Shown: positions 1 to 4,383 of the stretch, in pieces | Numbering within the stretch: the first letter of the stretch is position 1 | Layout: each line of letters opens with the position of its first letter | From: a virus | Lineage: Duplodnaviria; Heunggongvirae; Uroviricota; Caudoviricetes | IMG/VR virus record: IMGVR_UViG_2778261156_000002 | DNA: 4,383 bases | Reading direction: 5' to 3' (one strand) | Made by a program: the position numbers and the translations under genes | Notes under the pieces: model-generated | Databases searched by the model: none | Told to the model about the DNA's origin: nothing | What the model saw: the letters and a program-made list of their open reading frames with translations, nothing else

Positions 1-47
1 GGTTTACCTGCACCGTCTTTCAGTACACCTGAAATCTTTACTGCCAT
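1..47 (-). CDS. stf: Side tail fibre protein, N-terminal fragment (first 15 codons; gene continues beyond window start)
   Basis: ATG at 47..45 on the minus strand preceded by a purine-rich GGGGTGA. Translation MAVKISGVLKDGAGK matches my recall of the N-terminus of lambda Stf (orf-401). Position immediately downstream of lom matches lambda gene order. Only 47 nt are visible, so the call rests on a short match plus synteny. Confidence 0.6.
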   Translation of the reverse strand, partial: MAVKISGVLKDGAGK

Positions 48-57
48 ATTCACCCCA

Positions 58-85
58 CAAAAAAGCCCGCCTGAACCAGCGGGCT
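58..85 (-). terminator. Rho-independent terminator downstream of lom
   Basis: Inverted repeat AGCCCGC (64..70) / GCGGGCT (79..85) with an 8-nt loop. On the minus strand the stem is followed directly by TTTTTT (plus-strand A-run 58..63... actually 59..64 region). It sits 27 nt after the lom stop codon. Confidence 0.6.
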
Positions 86-111
86 GTCATAACACTGTGT
101 TACCTGGCTAA

Positions 112-711
112 TCAGAACTTATAACCAACACCCACGATGAACCCGTCAGTGCGCCAGTCGCCACTGCCGGAGCCTTCATAAGCGACATCAATGGCCACCG
201 ATTCGGTCGGGTTAAACTGCACGCCAGCTCCCCACGCCAGAGACGTGTTGCTGTGGTGACCGTCATCACTTCCGGTCAGCACATCATGCGTTTTCCCCTT
301 GTTGTCAGTTACGCGGAGATAATCCCCGGAGAAAGTCGACACACGGCTGTAAGCCACACCCGCCATCGCATACGCGCTGAACCATTCATTCACGCGCACA
401 GACGGTCCCGCCATCACGCTGAACCAGCGGTTACGCACGGAATCCTCATGCCAGCGGGTATCGCTGTAATGCGTTTTTTGCTCATCTTCAGCGTTGGCAT
501 AACTGAATGACGTAATCAGCCCCAGCGTGTCCGTAAACTCATAACGGTATTTCACGTTAATCCCGTTCAGATTATCGCTGCCGGGAGCGTTCGTACGGGC
601 ATGAAGATACCCTGCGCTCAGTGTGGCCTGCTGCTCAGACGCCCATGCAGGCGCACCGGATACGGCCAGACAGATGGCTGCGGACAAAATGGCTGCATAA
701 ACTTTACGCAT
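112..711 (-). CDS. lom: Lom outer membrane protein (Ail/Lom/PagC/OmpX family small beta-barrel); prophage lysogenic-conversion 'moron'
   Basis: 199-aa ORF. N-terminal signal peptide MRKVYAAILSAAICLAVSGAPAWA with an AxA cleavage motif. Alternating amphipathic beta-strand pattern and a C-terminal ...GVGYKF ending in Phe, typical of outer-membrane beta-barrels. The sequence closely resembles lambda Lom as I recall it. Sits between J and stf as in lambda. Confidence 0.93.
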   Translation of the reverse strand: MRKVYAAILSAAICLAVSGAPAWASEQQATLSAGYLHARTNAPGSDNLNGINVKYRYEFTDTLGLITSFSYANAEDEQKTHYSDTRWHEDSVRNRWFSVMAGPSVRVNEWFSAYAMAGVAYSRVSTFSGDYLRVTDNKGKTHDVLTGSDDGHHSNTSLAWGAGVQFNPTESVAIDVAYEGSGSGDWRTDGFIVGVGYKF

Positions 712-715
712 AATT

Positions 716-721
716 ACCTCT
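716..721 (-). promoter_or_regulatory. Ribosome-binding site for lom
   Basis: Minus strand reads GAGAGG-TAAT-ATG, i.e. a Shine-Dalgarno-like element 4 nt upstream of the lom start codon. Confidence 0.5.
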
Positions 722-734
722 CGCTTTTCTGCAA

Positions 735-760
735 TAAAAAAGGCGCCATTTCTGGCGCCC
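735..760 (-). terminator. Rho-independent terminator downstream of J (between J and lom)
   Basis: Perfect GC stem GGCGCC (742..747) / GGCGCC (754..759) with a 6-nt loop. On the minus strand it is followed by TTTTTTA (plus-strand A-run 736..741). It lies 19 nt after the J stop codon. Confidence 0.65.
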
Positions 761-778
761 GTATTGGGGTTATAAAAT

Positions 779-3700
779 TCAGCTGATACTGATGCCTGCG
801 GTGGCTTTCTTCATCACCACAACCAGCAAATCGCTGATACTTGCTGTGGGATACCAGTCATTTACCAGCCATGCTGACACCGAAAACTCCAGCGTCATGT
901 GGCCGCGACCAGCTGGCATATCAATAACACCACTGTAAATCAGCGTATTATCCAGCGCGGTATGGTTATAAATTTCAGCACCGTTTTTCCGTACTATCAG
1001 GCGGCATGAGGAGTAGATATCAGTATGATCTTGCTCATGTTTAGCGCCACTGAATGCCACCGCCGGGATAACAATTTGCCGGTCAAACGGCTGATCGTCA
1101 TAAACCCTGACGGTAATGGTCCCTGATGGCCACCGCTCCGGTGCACGGGAGTCCCGGGGGAAAGCCTTACCCACTGTTTTGACAATATCACCTTCAATCT
1201 GGTTGGCTGACAGTTTCCCCTTAATCTGACAGTTCTCATTAATCGTGACATTGTTGAGCGTCCCGGCGTTCGCATTCACACTGCCACTGATATCTGCATT
1301 TTTAGCGGTCAGCTTTCCGTCTGATGTCAGGGAAAATACCGGAGGACTGCCACCGCTGGTAATGGTGGGGGCTGTCAGGCGCTTCAGGAACACGTCGTTC
1401 ATGAATATCTGGTTGCCCTGCGCCACAAACATCGGCGTTTCATTCCCGTTTGCCGGGTCAATAAACGCGATACGGTTAGCGGCAACCAGAAACTGGCTCA
1501 GCTTGCCTTCCTCCGTGTCCTCCATGCTGAGGCCAATACCCGCGACATAATGTTTGCCGTCTTTGGTCTGCTCAATTTTGACGCCCCACATGGCATTCCA
1601 TTTATCGTTAGCGTCCTTCCACTCTTTCGAAAACTCATCCAGTCTGCTGGCGTTATCCTCCGTCAGATCAACTTTTTCCAGCAGCTCTTTACCGAGATGG
1701 GATTCGGTTATCTTGCCTTTGAAAAAATCCAGGTAACCTTCCGCATCATCGCTCGCCCGACCGACGGCCTCCACGAATGCCGATTTGCCAACGGTGTTCA
1801 CACTGCGAACGTAAAAATAATAATCATGGCCCGGTTTGATATTGATACTGGCGGCTATCCAGTACAGTCCCGTGCCAAGGTAGCGGGCTGTGGTTTCAAC
1901 CTGCCTGATATCGGTAATCCGCGTTTCCGAGAACCAGAACTCAAACTGTACCGTCGGATCATAAGCCGCAAGATGCGGCGTGGCAGTTATCTGAAAATAG
2001 CCCGGCGTCAGCTCAATCCGCGACGGCGCTGCCGGGGCGGCAATCCGGAACGATACCGACGCCGGATCGCCCTGCTGTCCCCACACATTTACCGCCCGGA
2101 CCGTCAGCGTGTAACGCCCCAGCGCCAGTTGCCTGAAGCGGTATGTGGTTTCCGTCGTCCGGGCCGTGCTGACCAGCCGCTCACTGCCGTCATCCGCTGT
2201 TACGGTCAGACGGAGCAGGAAGTTCACGCCCTTCACCACCTTCGGCGTGTCCCAGCGCGCCAGCACCTGATATTCCCCGCTGTCTGCGGTGACTTCGGCG
2301 GTCAGGTGCTGCACCGCTGGCGGCGTGACACCATTCACCGTGCCGCTCTGGTCGCCGTCAAAGTGCGCCCCGTTATCCACGATGGCCTCTTTTTCCGGTA
2401 CATGCTGCACGGCGGTGATGGCATACGTGCCGTCGTCGTTCTCACGGATACTCACGCAGCGGAACAGGCGCTGGCGCAGCGTCGGCAGCTTCAGCCCCCA
2501 CACGCTGTATCCGGCAACGCCGTCAGGAACACGGCTAACTTTCACCTTCACGCCGTCGGTGACGGACTGAACCTCCACGCTGACCGGATTGCCACTTCCG
2601 TCAACCAGGCTTATCAGCCTGGTGCCGGAGGATGGCAGCGTGATTTCACGGTCGAGCGTCAGCGTCCGGGTCTGGCTGTTTACCGCCAGCACGCGCCCGC
2701 CGATGCTGATACCGGCATAGTCATCATCACAGATTTCAATGACATCACCCGGCACATGGCGAAGCCCTTCTGCGCCCACGCTGAAGTCCACGGTCTGCGT
2801 TTCCAGCAGTTCTGTTTTAATCAGCCACAGCCCGGCGCGGTGTGCCTGCCCCCGGCTGGTACAGCCAAAAGCATCCATCTTCGTGACGTTACGACCGTAA
2901 CGGGCAATGGCCTGCGTATCCTCCACAAGCTCTGTCGCCGTCTCCCAGCCGTTGTTCGGGTCAATCCAGTTCACCTCAACGGCATTATGGCGGTCTTTCA
3001 GGGCGCTGAAGCTGTAGCGGAACGGCGCGCCATCATCCGGCATCACCACATTACTGCGGTTATAGGTCCACACCTTATCCGACGGTCGGTCCTGCACGAA
3101 CGTCAGCGTCTGCCCGTTCCATACCGGCATACAGCGCATCGCCGAGCAGAAATCACTGAGCACATCCCACGCCTTGCGCTGTGTGGTCAGGTACGCATTA
3201 CAGGTGATGCGCGGCTCCGTACCGCCAAAACCGTCCGGCACTGACTGGTCGCAGTACTGGCCGATGACATACAGCGCCCATTTATCCACATCCGCCACAC
3301 CAAGACGTTTCCCCATGCCGTAGCGTGGATGGGTCAGCATATCCCACAGACACCAGGCCATGTTATTGCTGTATGCTGGCTTAAACGTTCCGTCCCAGAT
3401 ACCGCTGTATTGCCGCGTCTGCGGGTTATAGTTCGACGGCACCTGCAGAATACGCCCGCGCAGATGATAATTACGGCTCACCTGCTGGCTGCCGAACTGC
3501 TCCGAATCCACCCGTACGCCGACCAGTGCCGTGTTCGGGTAGCACTGTTTCACATCGATGATTTCGGTGTATGACGACCAGAGCGTTTTGTTCTGCAGCT
3601 GGTCTGTGGTGCTGTCCGGTGTCATCCTGCGCATCCGGATATTGAACGGTCGCGGCGGCAGGTTATCCACCACCACCGAGGCCAGATACTGCGACGTGGT

Positions 3701-4174
3701 TTTGCCCTTAATGGTGATGTCTTTTTCTGTCACCCAGCCACCGTTACGTTGTATCTGAACCAGCAGGCGGACTTCCGACGGATTCCGGTCACCCTTTGAG
3801 GTGGTTTCCACCAGTGCCTGCACACCGAAGGTAAAGCGCAGACGGTCGATGTTTGCAGACGTGATGGTCCGGGTGATCGGCGTGTCGTATTTCACTTCCG
3901 TACCCAGCACCGTCTCGGAACCGGAGGATTCAAATCCCTCCGGCGGTGTCTGCTCCTGCTCACCTGCCCGGAACACCACCGTGACACCGGAGATGTTGGT
4001 ATTCCCCTCACTGTCCAGCACCGGTGTACTGTTCAGCAGCACGCTTTTTAATCCATCCACCGGACCTTCAACCGGCCCTTCGCTGATGGCATCGATCACA
4101 CTCAGTAACTGCGTGGATTTCAGGTTATCCTTCGCTTCGCGCGGGATATGCCCCTTACTGCTGCCTTTACCCAT
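779..4174 (-). CDS. J: Host specificity protein J (central tail fibre / tail tip, receptor-binding protein)
   Basis: Uninterrupted 1131-aa ORF. N-terminus [34 protein letters not shown]... and most of the length match lambda gpJ (about 1132 aa) from memory. GGAG Shine-Dalgarno 8 nt upstream of the ATG. Flanked by I upstream and lom downstream exactly as in lambda. Confidence 0.96.
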   Translation of the reverse strand: MGKGSSKGHIPREAKDNLKSTQLLSVIDAISEGPVEGPVDGLKSVLLNSTPVLDSEGNTNISGVTVVFRAGEQEQTPPEGFESSGSETVLGTEVKYDTPITRTITSANIDRLRFTFGVQALVETTSKGDRNPSEVRLLVQIQRNGGWVTEKDITIKGKTTSQYLASVVVDNLPPRPFNIRMRRMTPDSTTDQLQNKTLWSSYTEIIDVKQCYPNTALVGVRVDSEQFGSQQVSRNYHLRGRILQVPSNYNPQTRQYSGIWDGTFKPAYSNNMAWCLWDMLTHPRYGMGKRLGVADVDKWALYVIGQYCDQSVPDGFGGTEPRITCNAYLTTQRKAWDVLSDFCSAMRCMPVWNGQTLTFVQDRPSDKVWTYNRSNVVMPDDGAPFRYSFSALKDRHNAVEVNWIDPNNGWETATELVEDTQAIARYGRNVTKMDAFGCTSRGQAHRAGLWLIKTELLETQTVDFSVGAEGLRHVPGDVIEICDDDYAGISIGGRVLAVNSQTRTLTLDREITLPSSGTRLISLVDGSGNPVSVEVQSVTDGVKVKVSRVPDGVAGYSVWGLKLPTLRQRLFRCVSIRENDDGTYAITAVQHVPEKEAIVDNGAHFDGDQSGTVNGVTPPAVQHLTAEVTADSGEYQVLARWDTPKVVKGVNFLLRLTVTADDGSERLVSTARTTETTYRFRQLALGRYTLTVRAVNVWGQQGDPASVSFRIAAPAAPSRIELTPGYFQITATPHLAAYDPTVQFEFWFSETRITDIRQVETTARYLGTGLYWIAASINIKPGHDYYFYVRSVNTVGKSAFVEAVGRASDDAEGYLDFFKGKITESHLGKELLEKVDLTEDNASRLDEFSKEWKDANDKWNAMWGVKIEQTKDGKHYVAGIGLSMEDTEEGKLSQFLVAANRIAFIDPANGNETPMFVAQGNQIFMNDVFLKRLTAPTITSGGSPPVFSLTSDGKLTAKNADISGSVNANAGTLNNVTINENCQIKGKLSANQIEGDIVKTVGKAFPRDSRAPERWPSGTITVRVYDDQPFDRQIVIPAVAFSGAKHEQDHTDIYSSCRLIVRKNGAEIYNHTALDNTLIYSGVIDMPAGRGHMTLEFSVSAWLVNDWYPTASISDLLVVVMKKATAGISIS

Positions 4175-4182
4175 TCGTCATG

Positions 4183-4187
4183 CTCCA
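4183..4187 (-). promoter_or_regulatory. Ribosome-binding site for J
   Basis: Minus strand reads TGGAG-CATGACGA-ATG, a GGAG Shine-Dalgarno with an 8-nt spacer. Confidence 0.55.
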
Positions 4188-4196
4188 TAAACGACA

Positions 4197-4216
4197 AAAC
4201 CGCCCGGAGGCGGTTT
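4197..4216. other. Intergenic stem-loop between I and J (8-bp stem, 4-nt loop)
   Basis: AAACCGCC (4197..4204) pairs with GGCGGTTT (4209..4216). On the minus strand it reads AAACCGCC-TCCG-GGCGGTTTTGTCGTTT, so it is followed by a U-rich tract. Function unknown; could be an attenuator or an mRNA-stabilising or processing structure inside the late operon. Confidence 0.4.
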
Positions 4217-4233
4217 CACATAAACGTTTTTCA

Positions 4234-4383
4234 TCAGCGACCAATCACCACAACCTGACCACCATCCCCTTCGTCTGCCGTGCTGATCTCCTGAGAGACC
4301 ACCCGCGACCCCACGCGCATTTCACCGTACAGAACGGGCAGAACATTGCCCTGGGCAACCATGTTATCCAGTGAGGAGAAATA
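4234..4383 (-). CDS. I: Tail assembly protein I, C-terminal fragment (last 49 codons plus stop; gene starts beyond window end)
   Basis: Minus-strand translation from the window edge is YFSSLDNMVAQGNVLPVLYGEMRVGSRVVSQEISTADEGDGGQVVVIGR*, with the stop at 4236..4234. This matches the C-terminus of lambda gpI as I recall it. It is missing from the ORF track because the start codon lies outside the window. Confidence 0.88.
   Translation of the reverse strand, partial: YFSSLDNMVAQGNVLPVLYGEMRVGSRVVSQEISTADEGDGGQVVVIGR

Noticed and set aside
253-786. Plus-strand ORFs 253..510 (85 aa) and 601..786 (61 aa)
   Set aside because: Both are antisense to lom or the lom-J terminator region. They show no RBS and have biased composition, so they are shadow ORFs.
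712-840. Possible independent sigma-70 promoter for lom (TATAAC-like hexamer near 765..775 on the minus strand)
   Set aside because: Only a weak -10-like hexamer with no convincing -35. It lies upstream of the J terminator, so transcripts would meet the terminator immediately. Not supportable from sequence alone.
1550-3244. Long 564-aa ORF on the plus strand
   Set aside because: It lies entirely antisense to J. The product is Arg/His/Pro-rich and low-complexity-like, with no recognisable RBS or motifs. Long open antisense frames are common opposite GC-rich, codon-biased genes, and the J reading frame on the other strand is full-length and matches lambda.
779-4174. Programmed frameshift or pseudogenisation within J
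   Set aside because: The frame is continuous for 1131 codons with the expected start and stop. The known lambda tail frameshift (G/G-T) lies upstream, outside this window.
997-4190. Short ORFs nested in or antisense to J (997..1275 -, 1245..1550 +, 1554..1736 +, 2289..2570 +, 3329..3574 +, 3558..3758 +, 3801..4190 +)
   Set aside because: All are out-of-frame or antisense overlaps within the J coding sequence, which is a single uninterrupted 1131-aa frame. None has independent support.
4180-4374. Plus-strand 64-aa ORF at the window end
   Set aside because: It is antisense to the C-terminus of gene I, whose minus-strand translation matches lambda gpI through to its stop codon.
1-4383. CRISPR arrays, tRNA or rRNA genes, IS elements or att sites
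   Set aside because: No direct-repeat/spacer periodicity, no cloverleaf-compatible segments, and no terminal inverted repeats with a transposase ORF. The window is fully occupied by tail genes and lom.

Overview
This window is the tail-tip and host-range end of a lambda-like (lambdoid) siphovirus late operon, most likely a prophage in an enterobacterial genome, and all genes lie on the minus strand. Reading 5'->3' on the minus strand (high to low coordinates): the last 49 codons of tail assembly gene I (4383..4234), a short intergenic hairpin, the complete 1131-aa host specificity / central tail fibre gene J (4174..779), a rho-independent terminator, the complete lom outer-membrane 'moron' gene (711..112), a second terminator, and the first 15 codons of the side tail fibre gene stf (47..1). 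I see no tRNA, rRNA, CRISPR array, IS element or novel defence-type system. All plus-strand ORFs in the track are antisense shadows of these genes. The points most worth follow-up are the C-terminal ~150 residues of J, which appear to differ from the lambda reference as I recall it (possible altered receptor specificity), and the terminator-bracketed lom cassette. Protein identifications rest on my recall of lambda sequences, not on a database search.
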